Part shown: positions 27,949 to 38,729 of the stretch, one piece after another
Layout: each line of letters starts with the position of its first letter
How positions within the stretch are numbered: position 1 is the first letter of the stretch
Source: Bacteroidaceae bacterium
GTDB taxonomy: Bacteria; Bacillota; Clostridia; Oscillospirales; Acutalibacteraceae
Reading direction: 5' to 3'
DNA length: 64,000 nt
NCBI GenBank assembly: GCA_963589785.1
Contig: CAVAMJ010000013.1
Span: 8 to 64,007 of the forward strand
The notes under the pieces: generated by a model
Databases searched by the model: none
Told to the model about the DNA's origin: nothing
What the model saw: the letters and a program-made list of their open reading frames with translations, nothing else
Translations under genes and position numbers: made by a program

Positions 27949-28161
27949 ATGCTTAAACCATCAGCAAACATAGTAAGAACACCACACAACAGCCGTTATT
28001 CACTCGTTATTGCAATCGCAAAGAGAGCAAGAGAGATTACTACTGAAATTGAAAATGCAGATCCGCCTGTTACAGTAAAGCCTGTTGAACTTGCTTGCAG
28101 AGATTTCGTTGCGGGAAAGTATATTATTAACGAGCCGGATCCGTTTGATTATGAATTTTGA
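27949..28161 (+). CDS. rpoZ: DNA-directed RNA polymerase subunit omega
   Basis: 70 aa. NSRYSLVIAIAKRAREI. Conserved position after gmk. Confidence 0.85.
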   Translation: MLKPSANIVRTPHNSRYSLVIAIAKRAREITTEIENADPPVTVKPVELACRDFVAGKYIINEPDPFDYEF

Positions 28162-30584
28162 TTGCTGAAATTGCTTTAGAAAAAACATCATATTCCTTCG
28201 ATAGACTTTTTTCCTATATCATTCCTGACAAAATGAAAGTTCAGGTTGGTATGAGAGTAAAGGTGCCTTTTGGAAACAGTAATAAATCAAAAATTGGAAT
28301 TGTTTTCAGAATTCGTGAGAAAATCGACTCTGATTCGGTTAGATTAAAGAGCTTGCTTGATGTTCTGGATGAAGAACCGGTGCTGTCAGAAGAACTTTTG
28401 ACAATAGCTGATTGGATGACAAAAAGGTATTTTTGTACATATGATGAAGCAACTCGCGTTCTTCTTCCTAACGGATTATCACAAAAGCTGATTTATACAT
28501 ATAGCTTTAATCAGAATGCGGTTTTAGAGAACTTCTCTTTCTCAGAACTTCAGATTAAGCTGATAAAACGTGCTAAGAAAAGTAGTTTTAATTCTAATTA
28601 CATAGTTAACACATTGAAATCAGATGATTCTGATGAAGAGTTGCTACAGTTAGTAGACGATAAAATTCTTTTTAAAGCACAGGATACCGTTCAGAGAGTA
28701 TCTGATGCAACCGATAAAATTATTACTGCCAAGGAATATGATTCATCTCTACTTAAGTCCAAACAGCAAAAAAAAGCCTATGAATTTATCTATAACTGTG
28801 AAGCTGTAACTGTAAATGAAGCTGCTTATTTTGTCGGTTGTACTAAAGCTGTTTTAGACAAACTGGTTTCTTGCGGTGCTGCCGAATACTCTTTTATCGA
28901 GAAATTTAGGCGTCCGACCGTAACCGCCGAGAGGGCAAAATCAAGTGAAGAAATAATATTAAATGAATCCCAACTTGAGGTTTATAACAATATCTGCAAA
29001 AACTACGACAACAAAGTTAACAAACCGATATTATTAAACGGTATTACGGGCAGCGGAAAAACCTCTATTTATATTAAATTGGCAGAGAGAGTCATTTCCG
29101 AAGGCAAGCAAGCTGTTATCTTAGTACCTGAAATATCTTTGACTTCTCAAACGGTGCAAATTTTCAAAAATGCCTTTGGTGACAAAGTTGCAGTTCTCCA
29201 CAGCGGACTTACAGTTGCCGAACGTTACGACGAATGGAAACGTTGCAAGAACGGAGAAGCGAATATTGCCGTGGGAACCAGATCAGCTATATTCGCACCA
29301 TTTGATAATATCGGATTGATTGTGGTTGATGAAGAACATGATAAATCATATAAATCTGATAAAAATCCTAGGTACGATGCAAGACAAATTGCAATTTTAA
29401 GAGCTTCAAGAACAAAAGCCATTTGTTTGTTGGCTTCAGCTACACCTTCCATAGAATCAGCTTATCAAGCCCAATTGGGCAATTATCTTCCTTACTACTT
29501 AAATTCAAGATACGGAAATGCTCATTTGCCAGAAGTTGAAGTGGTAGATGCTCTTGATTCCGACGGAAATCAAAGTGAGCTTTGTGCGAGAACAAGATTT
29601 CTTCTGCAAAAGAATTTTGATGACAATAAGCAATCGATTATTCTTATAAATCGTAGAGGCTACCACAGCTTTGTCAGGTGCACTGAATGCCGCGAGGTAA
29701 AACTGTGCCCTAATTGCAGTGTATCTCTTAATTATCATTACGATAACAATAAGCTCGTTTGTCATTACTGCGGTTACATTGAAGATTATTCTTCTGTATG
29801 TCCTAATTGTCACCAAAATTCTATGGCTACATATGGCACTGGAACACAGCGAATCGAAGAAACTCTGAGAGAAATTATTCCTAAAGCTAGGGTTTTAAGA
29901 GTAGATTCAGACTCGGTTTCGCTAAGGAACAATCTTGATGAATTGCTTGATAACTTTGACAGGCATAGATATGACATAATGGTTGGCACACAAATGGTGT
30001 CTAAAGGATTGAACTTTGAAAATGTCACTCTTGTCTGTGTGCTGAATATAGACCAGATGCTCTATGCTGATGATTACAGCTGCAATGAAAGAGCATTTGA
30101 TTTGATTACACAGGTAATAGGAAGATCGGGCAGAGGAAGATATAAAGGTACTGCTTTAATTCAGACAGAGCAGCCTGAAAATGTTTATATCCAACTTGCT
30201 AAGACACAGAATTATGCGGATTTTTATAAGCTTGAGATAAATTTCAGGCATATGCTATTATATCCGCCTTTTTGTGATATTAATGTTATCGGTTTTGTTT
30301 CACCGGATGAATCTTTGGTGAAATTTGCTCCCATCAAATTCTCAGGAATTTTGGCAGAAGCTCTTAAAAACAAGCTCCCGTCTCACCCTATTAGGATTTA
30401 TCCTCCTACGGAGGCATCTGTCTATAAAGTCGGTAATAAGTTCAGATATAAAATTATCATAAAAACGAAATGCAATAAACAGTATAGAGCATTGCTGTCT
30501 GAAGTATATAAAAGCTTTCTAAATGATAAGGAGTTCAAGAAAGTTTCTGTTTTTATTGATACAAATCCAAGTGAAAACTATTGA
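28158..30584 (+). CDS. priA: primosomal protein N' (replication restart helicase PriA)
   Basis: 808 aa. Walker A GITGSGKT, DEEHD box, and Cys-rich zinc-finger insert (CTECREVKLCPNCSVSL..CHYCG). Confidence 0.95.
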   Translation: MIAEIALEKTSYSFDRLFSYIIPDKMKVQVGMRVKVPFGNSNKSKIGIVFRIREKIDSDSVRLKSLLDVLDEEPVLSEELLTIADWMTKRYFCTYDEATRVLLPNGLSQKLIYTYSFNQNAVLENFSFSELQIKLIKRAKKSSFNSNYIVNTLKSDDSDEELLQLVDDKILFKAQDTVQRVSDATDKIITAKEYDSSLLKSKQQKKAYEFIYNCEAVTVNEAAYFVGCTKAVLDKLVSCGAAEYSFIEKFRRPTVTAERAKSSEEIILNESQLEVYNNICKNYDNKVNKPILLNGITGSGKTSIYIKLAERVISEGKQAVILVPEISLTSQTVQIFKNAFGDKVAVLHSGLTVAERYDEWKRCKNGEANIAVGTRSAIFAPFDNIGLIVVDEEHDKSYKSDKNPRYDARQIAILRASRTKAICLLASATPSIESAYQAQLGNYLPYYLNSRYGNAHLPEVEVVDALDSDGNQSELCARTRFLLQKNFDDNKQSIILINRRGYHSFVRCTECREVKLCPNCSVSLNYHYDNNKLVCHYCGYIEDYSSVCPNCHQNSMATYGTGTQRIEETLREIIPKARVLRVDSDSVSLRNNLDELLDNFDRHRYDIMVGTQMVSKGLNFENVTLVCVLNIDQMLYADDYSCNERAFDLITQVIGRSGRGRYKGTALIQTEQPENVYIQLAKTQNYADFYKLEINFRHMLLYPPFCDINVIGFVSPDESLVKFAPIKFSGILAEALKNKLPSHPIRIYPPTEASVYKVGNKFRYKIIIKTKCNKQYRALLSEVYKSFLNDKEFKKVSVFIDTNPSENY

Positions 30585-30601
30585 TTAATGAAAGGAATTA
30601 T

Positions 30602-31096
30602 ATGGCACTTCGTAATATAGTAAAAGATGGCGACCCCATTCTTACAAAGGTATGCAGACCTGTAGAAAAGTTTGATCACAAGTTAGAAGTTTTGCTCGAC
30701 GATATGTATGAGACAATGTTGGATGCTGACGGAGTCGGCATCGCCGGTCCGCAGGTCGGTATGATGCGTCGTTTATGCGTTATCGATGTAGGCGAAGGAA
30801 GACTTGATTTAGTCAATCCGGAAATAATCGAAACATCCGGAACTCAGGATGGTGTTGAGGGTTGTCTATCTTTCCCTGGCGAATACGGCATGGTTGAAAG
30901 ACCTAACCATGTAAAGGTAAGAGCGCAAAACAAAACCGGAGAATGGTATGAGGTAGAGGGCGAAGAGTTGCTTGCAAGAGCACTTTGCCATGAGATTGAT
31001 CATCTTGACGGTGTCTGCTTTGTTAAAAGAGCAAGCAGAATGATTGATCCCGAGGAGCTTAGAAGCGCTCCAGACACTGAAGAAGAGGAAAATTAA
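30602..31096 (+). CDS. def: peptide deformylase
   Basis: GIAGPQVG, EGCLSFPG and HEIDHLDG motifs. Confidence 0.95.
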   Translation: MALRNIVKDGDPILTKVCRPVEKFDHKLEVLLDDMYETMLDADGVGIAGPQVGMMRRLCVIDVGEGRLDLVNPEIIETSGTQDGVEGCLSFPGEYGMVERPNHVKVRAQNKTGEWYEVEGEELLARALCHEIDHLDGVCFVKRASRMIDPEELRSAPDTEEEEN

Positions 31097-32017
31097 TTGA
31101 GAGTTGTTTTTATGGGTACCCCTGATTTTGCGGTACCAACATTAAAGAAGCTTATTGAAAACAAATATAATATAATTTCTGTTTTCACTCAGCCTGATAA
31201 GCCGAAGGGCAGAGGGCATAAAATGCAGTTTTCTCCCGTTAAAGAATTAGCTTTGGAGAACAACCTGGAAGTATTTCAGCCGAATACGCTAAAGGATGAC
31301 TCTGTTATCAATCTTATAAAAGAGCAAAATCCTGATGTTATTGTAGTTGCTGCATATGGTAAAATATTGCCTGAAGCTATTTTGAATATTCCAAAGTATG
31401 GTTGTGTTAATGTTCACGGCTCTCTTTTGCCAAAGTACCGAGGCGCTGCGCCTATTCAGTGGGCAGTTTTAAACGGCGACAAAGTTACGGGTGTCACCAC
31501 AATGCTTATGGGTAAGGGGCTCGACACAGGCGATATGCTCTTGAAAAGAGAAGTCGAAATCCCATCAGATGAAACTTCCGGAGAATTATTTGACAGACTT
31601 TCGCTGATAGGAGCAGATTTATTGATTGAAACTCTTACTGCGTTAGAATCAAACAGTTTAACACCTGAAAAACAAAATGATGCAGAATCAAATTATGCAT
31701 CACTTATAACAAAAGCTCTTTCTCCGATTGACTGGAACAAATCAGCAACTGAGATACACAATCAAGTCAGAGGTTTAAACCCTTGGCCGTGTGCATCCTC
31801 TCATTATGGAGAGAAAGCAATTAAGATTCACCGTACAAAGGTAATCGAAGGAAACGGCAAAGCCGGCAAGCTTTTCGTGTCAGAAAAACACTTATGTGTT
31901 TACTGTGGCAAAGATGCTTTGCAATTGCTTGAAGTTCAGCTTGAAAACGGTAAAAGAATGGCAGGAGACGTTTTCTTAGTAGGTCATCCTGTAGATGAAA
32001 ATTCATTTCTAAATTGA
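31097..32017 (+). CDS. fmt: methionyl-tRNA formyltransferase
   Basis: VVFMGTPDFAV...HGSLLPKYRGAAPIQ. TTG start. Confidence 0.95.
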   Translation: MRVVFMGTPDFAVPTLKKLIENKYNIISVFTQPDKPKGRGHKMQFSPVKELALENNLEVFQPNTLKDDSVINLIKEQNPDVIVVAAYGKILPEAILNIPKYGCVNVHGSLLPKYRGAAPIQWAVLNGDKVTGVTTMLMGKGLDTGDMLLKREVEIPSDETSGELFDRLSLIGADLLIETLTALESNSLTPEKQNDAESNYASLITKALSPIDWNKSATEIHNQVRGLNPWPCASSHYGEKAIKIHRTKVIEGNGKAGKLFVSEKHLCVYCGKDALQLLEVQLENGKRMAGDVFLVGHPVDENSFLN

Positions 32018-32028
32018 AAGTGGGAAAT

Positions 32029-33330
32029 ATGATAACAGGTTCACGCATTGCAGCTCTTGAAGCTTTGCTTCAGGTCTCTGAAAATGAAGGCTATTCAAAT
32101 ATAGTTATTGATAAGTGTTTAAAGAAGCACGAACTGGATAGAAGAGATAGTGCTCTGGCTAGCATCATCTTCTATGGAGTTCTTGAAAATAAAATAACTC
32201 TTGATTACTGTATATCTCTGTTTTTGAAAAACAAAAGCATGAAGCTTTCAGAGACTACAAGGACTATTCTTCAAGTGGGTTGTTATCAGATTTTGTTTCT
32301 TGATAAAATACCTGAATCTGCAGCTGTTAATGAATGTGTTGAACTGGCTAAGCGTTATAAATGCAATGCATCGTTCATTAACGCAGTTCTTAGAAATATA
32401 ATCCGAAACAAGGATAATATTCCCCTTCCGGACAGTCTTGAAATCAAATATTCTGTGCCTAACGAATTAATAACAATGTGGACGAATGCTTATGGCGAAA
32501 AGAACACAATAAATATTCTTGAGTCGGTTCAGGAGAAGTCTAAGATTTATTGCAGAATCAATAGCATAAAAACTACTTTTGATAATTTTGCCGAATCGTT
32601 TTCCTGCTCTGAAATCGGCATAAAGAAATATAAAAATATGCCTTATACTTGCGTTATAACTTCGGGCGGTGATATAACGAAGCTATCGCAGTATGAGGAC
32701 GGTCTCTTTCACGTTCAAGATTTATCGTCCCAATATCTTTGTGAAGTAGTTTCCCCAAAAGAAAATGAGATACTTGTTGATGTATGTGCAGCACCCGGTG
32801 GAAAAAGCTTTACATTAGCTGAAAAAATGAACAATACCGGAACGGTTTACTCATACGACTTATATAAAGGTCGTGTTAAACTGATCTTTAACGGCTCTAA
32901 GCGACTTGGCTTAACCAACATTCATGCATTTGTCAGAGATGCTGCAAAAGACGATACCCACGGGATTGTTGCCGACAGAGTGTTGTGTGATGCTCCGTGC
33001 TCCGGCTATGGAACAATTCGAAGAAAACCTGAGATTAGATATAAATCCCTTGAATCGGTATCCGATTTGCCTGATATTCAGTATCAGATTCTTGAAAACT
33101 CAGCTAAATTTGTAAAATCGGGCGGATATTTGTTTTATTCAACATGCACTTTAAATCCTAAAGAAAACAGTGAAATAGCGGACAAGTTTCTTACTAATAA
33201 CACAGATTTTTATGCTGAAGATATAAACATTGATATTCCAAGAGCTATATCGGAACCCAAAAATCAATTAACGATGATGCCATTCAATGATTGTGACGGT
33301 TTTTTTGTTGCAAAATTCAGAAGGAAATAG
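32029..33330 (+). CDS. rsmB: 16S rRNA (cytosine967-C5)-methyltransferase
   Basis: NusB-like N-terminal domain plus the SAM motif DVCAAPGGKS and DAPCSGYG. Alternative TTG/GTG starts at 32014 and 32020. Confidence 0.9.
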   Translation: MITGSRIAALEALLQVSENEGYSNIVIDKCLKKHELDRRDSALASIIFYGVLENKITLDYCISLFLKNKSMKLSETTRTILQVGCYQILFLDKIPESAAVNECVELAKRYKCNASFINAVLRNIIRNKDNIPLPDSLEIKYSVPNELITMWTNAYGEKNTINILESVQEKSKIYCRINSIKTTFDNFAESFSCSEIGIKKYKNMPYTCVITSGGDITKLSQYEDGLFHVQDLSSQYLCEVVSPKENEILVDVCAAPGGKSFTLAEKMNNTGTVYSYDLYKGRVKLIFNGSKRLGLTNIHAFVRDAAKDDTHGIVADRVLCDAPCSGYGTIRRKPEIRYKSLESVSDLPDIQYQILENSAKFVKSGGYLFYSTCTLNPKENSEIADKFLTNNTDFYAEDINIDIPRAISEPKNQLTMMPFNDCDGFFVAKFRRK

Positions 33331-33331
33331 T

Positions 33332-34384
33332 ATGTATATAATAGACGGAAAAAAAGATATAAAATCGATGAACCTCGAAGAGCTGAGAGCCGAGATAAAA
33401 GAAGTCGGTCTCCCAAAATTCAGAGCGGATCAGATATATAAGTGGGTTCATTCGTCTGTTTCGTCATTTGATGAAATGACTAATCTTTCAAAGGATTTAA
33501 GAGCAAAACTGAATGAGCTTTATGTTATTCCAAATTGTCAGATTCAACTCAAGAGAGTATCTAAACTTGACGGTACTGTAAAATATTTATATAAATTATA
33601 TGACGGAGATTATATCGAAGCCGTTGTGATGAAATACCATCACGGTAATTCTATCTGTATATCATCACAGGTTGGATGCAAAATGGGATGCAACTTTTGT
33701 GCGACAGGAAAAAACGGATTCACAAGAAATCTTTTGCCGTCGGAGATGCTTTCCCAGGTTATGACAGCTCAAAATGATATCGGAGAGAGAATTTCTAATA
33801 TTGTTCTTATGGGCATGGGGGAACCGCTTGATAATTATGACAATGTGATTAAGTTTTTGGAACTTGTCTCCGATGCAAACGGTTTAAATATCGGTATGCG
33901 TCATATTTCTCTCTCTACTTGTGGCTTAGTCAATAGAATTTATGAACTTGCAGACAAGAATCTACAGCTTACATTATCGGTTTCTTTACATGCGCCTAAC
34001 GATGCGCTTCGTGATTCAATGATGCCTGTTAATCATCGCTGGAATGTTGATGAGCTCTTGGAAGCTTGCAGATATTATTGCCAAAAAACAAACAAAAGAA
34101 TATCTTTTGAATATGCGATGATAAGCGGTAAAAATGACAGCGATGCTCATGCTAAGGAACTTGCAACAAAATTAAAAGGAATTATTGCTCATGTTAATCT
34201 TATACCTGTAAATGATGTTACAGGCACGGGATATAAAAAGAGCAATTCCGATAGATTAAATAAATTTGTAAAAATACTTTCAGAACGCGGATATACCGCA
34301 ACAATAAGACGAACATTGGGATCTGATATAGAAGCGTCTTGCGGACAGCTTAAAGGCAAAGCCCTTGACACCGGGAGGATTTAA
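33332..34384 (+). CDS. rlmN: 23S rRNA/tRNA (adenine2503-C2)-methyltransferase, radical SAM
   Basis: CKMGCNFCATG cluster, GMGEPLDN, and C-terminal ASCGQL. Confidence 0.95.
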   Translation: MYIIDGKKDIKSMNLEELRAEIKEVGLPKFRADQIYKWVHSSVSSFDEMTNLSKDLRAKLNELYVIPNCQIQLKRVSKLDGTVKYLYKLYDGDYIEAVVMKYHHGNSICISSQVGCKMGCNFCATGKNGFTRNLLPSEMLSQVMTAQNDIGERISNIVLMGMGEPLDNYDNVIKFLELVSDANGLNIGMRHISLSTCGLVNRIYELADKNLQLTLSVSLHAPNDALRDSMMPVNHRWNVDELLEACRYYCQKTNKRISFEYAMISGKNDSDAHAKELATKLKGIIAHVNLIPVNDVTGTGYKKSNSDRLNKFVKILSERGYTATIRRTLGSDIEASCGQLKGKALDTGRI

Positions 34385-35118
34385 TGAAAATTTACGGTGA
34401 AACTAATGTCGGATTTAAAAGAAAAAACAATCAAGACACCTACAGAAACAAACTTATAAATGATAATTTTGGATGGTCGCTTGTTTGTGACGGAATGGGC
34501 GGCGTAAACGGTGGAGATGTTGCCAGTAATCTTTCTGCTGAAACAGTAGAGGAATACCTTGACACTGAGCTTAATGAAAATCTTTCTGATGAAGAAATAC
34601 TTCAGATGATTAATGTTAGTTTTCAAAAAGCAAATTCGGCTGTTTGGCAAAAAGCCATTGAAACAAAAGAATACAGAGGAATGGGAACAACAGCTGTTCT
34701 GGCAATAATCAAAGGAAACAAACTCCTTATCGGTCACATAGGGGACAGCAGAGCATATCTATTCAGTGATAATAACATTAGTCAAATTACAACCGACCAT
34801 TCTTATGTACAAAACCTTGTAAATCACGGTCAGCTTACTAAAGATGAGGCTAGGTTTCATCCTCAAAAGAATATAATTACAAAGTCTCTTGGAGTTCATT
34901 CATCCGTAGATCCTGAGATTAATTTCTATGATTTAAAAGCAGGAGACAAAATCATTATTTGCACCGATGGATTAGGAGATTATTTGACTGACAAGGTATT
35001 GAATGAGTATGTAGCAAACACTGATGATGAAAAACTACCTGTAAAGCTAATAAACTTTGCACTTAGATGTGGTGGCGTTGATAATGTGACAGTTACAACA
35101 ATAGTTATTGAGGGGTAA
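34384..35118 (+). CDS. stp: PP2C-family Ser/Thr phosphatase (Stp/PrpC)
   Basis: NQD...VCDGMGG...GDSRAYL...CTDGL...GGVDNVTV. Confidence 0.9.
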   Translation: MKIYGETNVGFKRKNNQDTYRNKLINDNFGWSLVCDGMGGVNGGDVASNLSAETVEEYLDTELNENLSDEEILQMINVSFQKANSAVWQKAIETKEYRGMGTTAVLAIIKGNKLLIGHIGDSRAYLFSDNNISQITTDHSYVQNLVNHGQLTKDEARFHPQKNIITKSLGVHSSVDPEINFYDLKAGDKIIICTDGLGDYLTDKVLNEYVANTDDEKLPVKLINFALRCGGVDNVTVTTIVIEG

Positions 35119-35124
35119 GATCGT

Positions 35125-37203
35125 ATGGAAAACTATTTAGGCAAAAGATTGGACGGCAGATATGAAATCCACCAACTTCTTGGAGTTGGCGGAATGGCTT
35201 ATGTCTACCGTGCTTATGATAATCAGGAGAACCGATGGGTAGCAATCAAGATACTCAAAGAAGAGTTTTCCGGTAACGCTGAATTCCTGAAGAGATTTAG
35301 GAATGAATCCAAGGCAATAGCTGTCCTAAACCATCCTAATATTGTAAAGGTTTATGATGTCAGCTTTGGTGACAGAATTCAGTATATTGTTATGGAATAT
35401 ATAGATGGTATCACACTGAAAGATTATATTTCACATAACGGAGCACTTCCTTGGAAAGAGGCTCTTCATTTTACTACACAAATTCTTAAAGCTTTACAGC
35501 ATGCGCACGGCAAAGGCATTGTTCACAGAGATATAAAGCCTCAGAATATTATGCTGCTCCAAAACGGTGCGATTAAAGTAACTGATTTTGGAATTGCCCG
35601 CTTTTCTCAAAACGAAACAGCAACGGTAACAGACAAAGCTTTAGGCTCGGTTCACTATATTGCACCAGAGCAAGCCAAGGGAGAATTCACCAGTGATAAA
35701 GCCGATATTTATTCAGTTGGTGTAATAATGTACGAAATGCTGACAGGTCAGCTTCCGTTTGAAGCGGACAATGCTGTTTCTGTTGCATTAATGCAGCTTT
35801 CAGCAGAGCCGGTAAAGCCAAGATCCATTAATCCCCAAATTCCTGTAGGTCTTGAGGAAATCACCATGAAAGCCATGGAGAAAAACCCCTCAAACCGTTT
35901 TAAATCTGCGGGAGATATGCTCAATGATATAGAACGATTCAAGATTAATCCGTCTCTTACATTCGGTTATTCTTTCCAAGAGGATTTTGGCGCAACAAGA
36001 CAAGTAAATCTTTATAATAATGTTCAACCGACGAAAAGAAACGCGACAAGAACTGCCCCCAGCTATGAGGACAATTTCGAATATGAGGTTGAACTTGAAA
36101 AGTCAAAGCGTCACGCAAAGGGATCAAGTATAATTAAGGGAATAGTTGCCGCTTTATTAATTGTAGTTGTTGCTGTTGGTGCATATTCTGTTTATAATCT
36201 TGTTCAAAACTCAAACACAGAGGACACAAGCTTAGTGCTTCTCCCTAATTTTGTTGGTATGAACTATGATTCTCAAATTGCTAACAACTCCGATTACAGT
36301 GACTTTAAATTTACAATTCAGACTCAGTACGATGAATCAAAATCCGAAGGAGAAGTAATACGTCAGACACCTAACGGCGGAAAAAATGTTAAAAAAGGTA
36401 AAGAAGTTACTCTTGTTGTCAACAGATCACAGCAAAGTGAAAAAACCGCATTGGTTATGCCTGATTTTACGAATTATTCTCAGGCTGACACAATCAGCAA
36501 CCTTTCCGATAACGGTCTTAACTACGAAATTCAAACTCAGAACGATGATAATATAGCTTCCGGAAATGTCATTCGTACAAATCCTGCCGCAGGCTCTACT
36601 GTATACCAGGGCGATACGATAACAATTTATGTAAGCTCCGGACCATCCGAAACACAGGTTTCAGTCCCGTCTATTCTGTATTCATCATATGATTATGCTG
36701 TAACTCTTCTCAATGAAGCAGGACTAACAGTTGGCTCTGTTACATATGATGACAGCAGTTCACTTGACGCAAATACAGTTCTTTCCTGTTCACCTGATGT
36801 AGGTGCTTCTGTTTCTAAGGGCTCAGCAGTTAACCTTGTAGTTGCAAGGGGAGAAACAAGTGTTTCGCTTACAATAAGCTTACCATCTAATGTTTATGAG
36901 GATTTAAATCTAAAGATTTACTGTGACGGAACTCTTTCAACTGATACTTATGTAAATCCTGCATATTCTTCAACCTATACCGTTACTTTCAGCGGTACTA
37001 GCGGTTCACAAAATATAGTTGCTACACTTAATGGCTCTGACTATGTTACTTGTGTAGCTAATTATGAACTGGGAAGTATAACCGATTATTATCAGTATCC
37101 ATATGAGACGGAAGTTATTACTCCTGAACCTGAACCGGAATCAAGCGAAGAGTCTTCAGAATATAGCAGTGAAGATTCTTATTATGAGGATAGCAATGAG
37201 TGA
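35125..37203 (+). CDS. prkC: PASTA-domain Ser/Thr protein kinase PrkC
   Basis: Hanks kinase (GVGGMAYVY, VAIK, HRDIKPQN, DFG, APE), a TM segment, three PASTA repeats, an Ig-like domain and an acidic tail. Confidence 0.95.
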   Translation: MENYLGKRLDGRYEIHQLLGVGGMAYVYRAYDNQENRWVAIKILKEEFSGNAEFLKRFRNESKAIAVLNHPNIVKVYDVSFGDRIQYIVMEYIDGITLKDYISHNGALPWKEALHFTTQILKALQHAHGKGIVHRDIKPQNIMLLQNGAIKVTDFGIARFSQNETATVTDKALGSVHYIAPEQAKGEFTSDKADIYSVGVIMYEMLTGQLPFEADNAVSVALMQLSAEPVKPRSINPQIPVGLEEITMKAMEKNPSNRFKSAGDMLNDIERFKINPSLTFGYSFQEDFGATRQVNLYNNVQPTKRNATRTAPSYEDNFEYEVELEKSKRHAKGSSIIKGIVAALLIVVVAVGAYSVYNLVQNSNTEDTSLVLLPNFVGMNYDSQIANNSDYSDFKFTIQTQYDESKSEGEVIRQTPNGGKNVKKGKEVTLVVNRSQQSEKTALVMPDFTNYSQADTISNLSDNGLNYEIQTQNDDNIASGNVIRTNPAAGSTVYQGDTITIYVSSGPSETQVSVPSILYSSYDYAVTLLNEAGLTVGSVTYDDSSSLDANTVLSCSPDVGASVSKGSAVNLVVARGETSVSLTISLPSNVYEDLNLKIYCDGTLSTDTYVNPAYSSTYTVTFSGTSGSQNIVATLNGSDYVTCVANYELGSITDYYQYPYETEVITPEPEPESSEESSEYSSEDSYYEDSNE

Positions 37204-38089
37204 TAACGTTTTAACAGGTAAAATTATCAGAAGTTTAGGCGGCTTTTATAATGTATATGCTTCTGATGATAATATATATCCTTGCAAACCTAGAGGAATA
37301 TTCAGGAAAAATAAGATTACACCTCTTGTGGGAGATAAAGTTAAAATCTCCCACATTGAGGATGAAACAGCATCAATAGATGTGATCGAAGAAAGAAAAA
37401 ATGTTCTTGTTCGTCCTCCTGTTGCAAATATAGACAAGTTATTTATTGTAGTATCGACAATTGATCCGAGCCCTAATCTCTTGATTATAGACAAGACCAT
37501 TGCTGCAGCAGAAATGAATCACATTGAGCCAATTTTAATTATTTCTAAGACGGATTTGCTCTCAATGGAAAAATTAAAATCTACATACAGCTCGATAGGA
37601 ATTAAAGTTCTTGAATCTTCTCCCGACAACAATGATTGCATTGATGAAATTAAGGATTTGCTCCTTAATTCGGTTTCTGCATTCACAGGTAATTCAGGTG
37701 TCGGAAAGTCTACAATAATCAACAGGATTAATCCTGAATTGCTTCTTCAGACAGGAGAAACAAGTAAAAAGCTCGGTCGAGGCAAACATACAACAAGACA
37801 TGTCGAGCTTTTTGAAGTCGCAGAAAACTCATATGTTGTGGACACTCCCGGTTTTTCTACATTTGACATAGAAAAATACAATATGAAAGATCGAACTCAG
37901 TTATACAAAGGCTTTCGTGAGTTTGAACCATATGTAGGTTATTGTAAATTTACCTCATGTTCACATACTACAGAGAAGGGCTGTGCTATAATCGAAGCGG
38001 TTAATTCAGGTGAGATACCTAAATCAAGATTCGATAGTTATGTTAGTATGTACAACGAAATAAAGGACATAAAAGAATGGCAGAAATAA
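37196..38089 (+). CDS. rsgA: ribosome small-subunit-dependent GTPase A
   Basis: GKIIRSLGGFYNV..., circularly permuted GTPase motifs (ISKTDL; GNSGVGKST), and a C-terminal zinc-binding CKFTSCSH. Confidence 0.9.
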   Translation: MSDNVLTGKIIRSLGGFYNVYASDDNIYPCKPRGIFRKNKITPLVGDKVKISHIEDETASIDVIEERKNVLVRPPVANIDKLFIVVSTIDPSPNLLIIDKTIAAAEMNHIEPILIISKTDLLSMEKLKSTYSSIGIKVLESSPDNNDCIDEIKDLLLNSVSAFTGNSGVGKSTIINRINPELLLQTGETSKKLGRGKHTTRHVELFEVAENSYVVDTPGFSTFDIEKYNMKDRTQLYKGFREFEPYVGYCKFTSCSHTTEKGCAIIEAVNSGEIPKSRFDSYVSMYNEIKDIKEWQK

Positions 38090-38715
38090 ATAAATGTATG
38101 ATAATAAGTGCTGTTCCGCTTGAGGACGGCAGATTATTTGAAGAATTTAATCCTAAAGATTATTTAGTTATATGCGCTGATGCCGGTTACGAAACAGCTC
38201 AAAAATATAATATTACACCCGATTATATAGTTGGTGATTTCGATTCTGCTAAGGTAAAACCACAGCCTTCAGAAAAGGTGCATGTTCTGCCTGTTGAAAA
38301 AGATGTGACAGATACTATGTATGCCGCTATGCTCGGAATTCATTTGGGATGCCGTGAATTTGTCATTATTGGCGGTAACGGTGGTGAAAGGGCAGACCAT
38401 ACAATTGCTAATTATAATGTTATGCTTTTCATAGCTAACAAAGGCGGTTTCTCTGTTATGGTCGACAATAATTCTCAAACATTTCTGCTAAAAGGGAAAA
38501 AATTAACTTTGACAGAAATGAAAGGAAAAATAGTCTCAGTATTTCCTTTTGGAACCAACACTTGCAATCTTACTTATACAGGTCTTAAATATCCACTTAA
38601 CAGAGAAGATTTAAAGGTTGGAGACACTCTTATGGGTGTAAGCAATGAAATTACAGAAGATAAAGCCGAAATTATGGTTAATAACGGTTGTGTTCTTGTC
38701 ATAGTGTTAAATTGA
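38077..38715 (+). CDS. thiN: thiamine diphosphokinase
   Basis: ICADAGY...PDYIVGDFDS...D.TD... Conserved position after rsgA. Confidence 0.85.
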   Translation: MAEINKCMIISAVPLEDGRLFEEFNPKDYLVICADAGYETAQKYNITPDYIVGDFDSAKVKPQPSEKVHVLPVEKDVTDTMYAAMLGIHLGCREFVIIGGNGGERADHTIANYNVMLFIANKGGFSVMVDNNSQTFLLKGKKLTLTEMKGKIVSVFPFGTNTCNLTYTGLKYPLNREDLKVGDTLMGVSNEITEDKAEIMVNNGCVLVIVLN

Positions 38716-38729
38716 TTAGTTGGTGAGTT

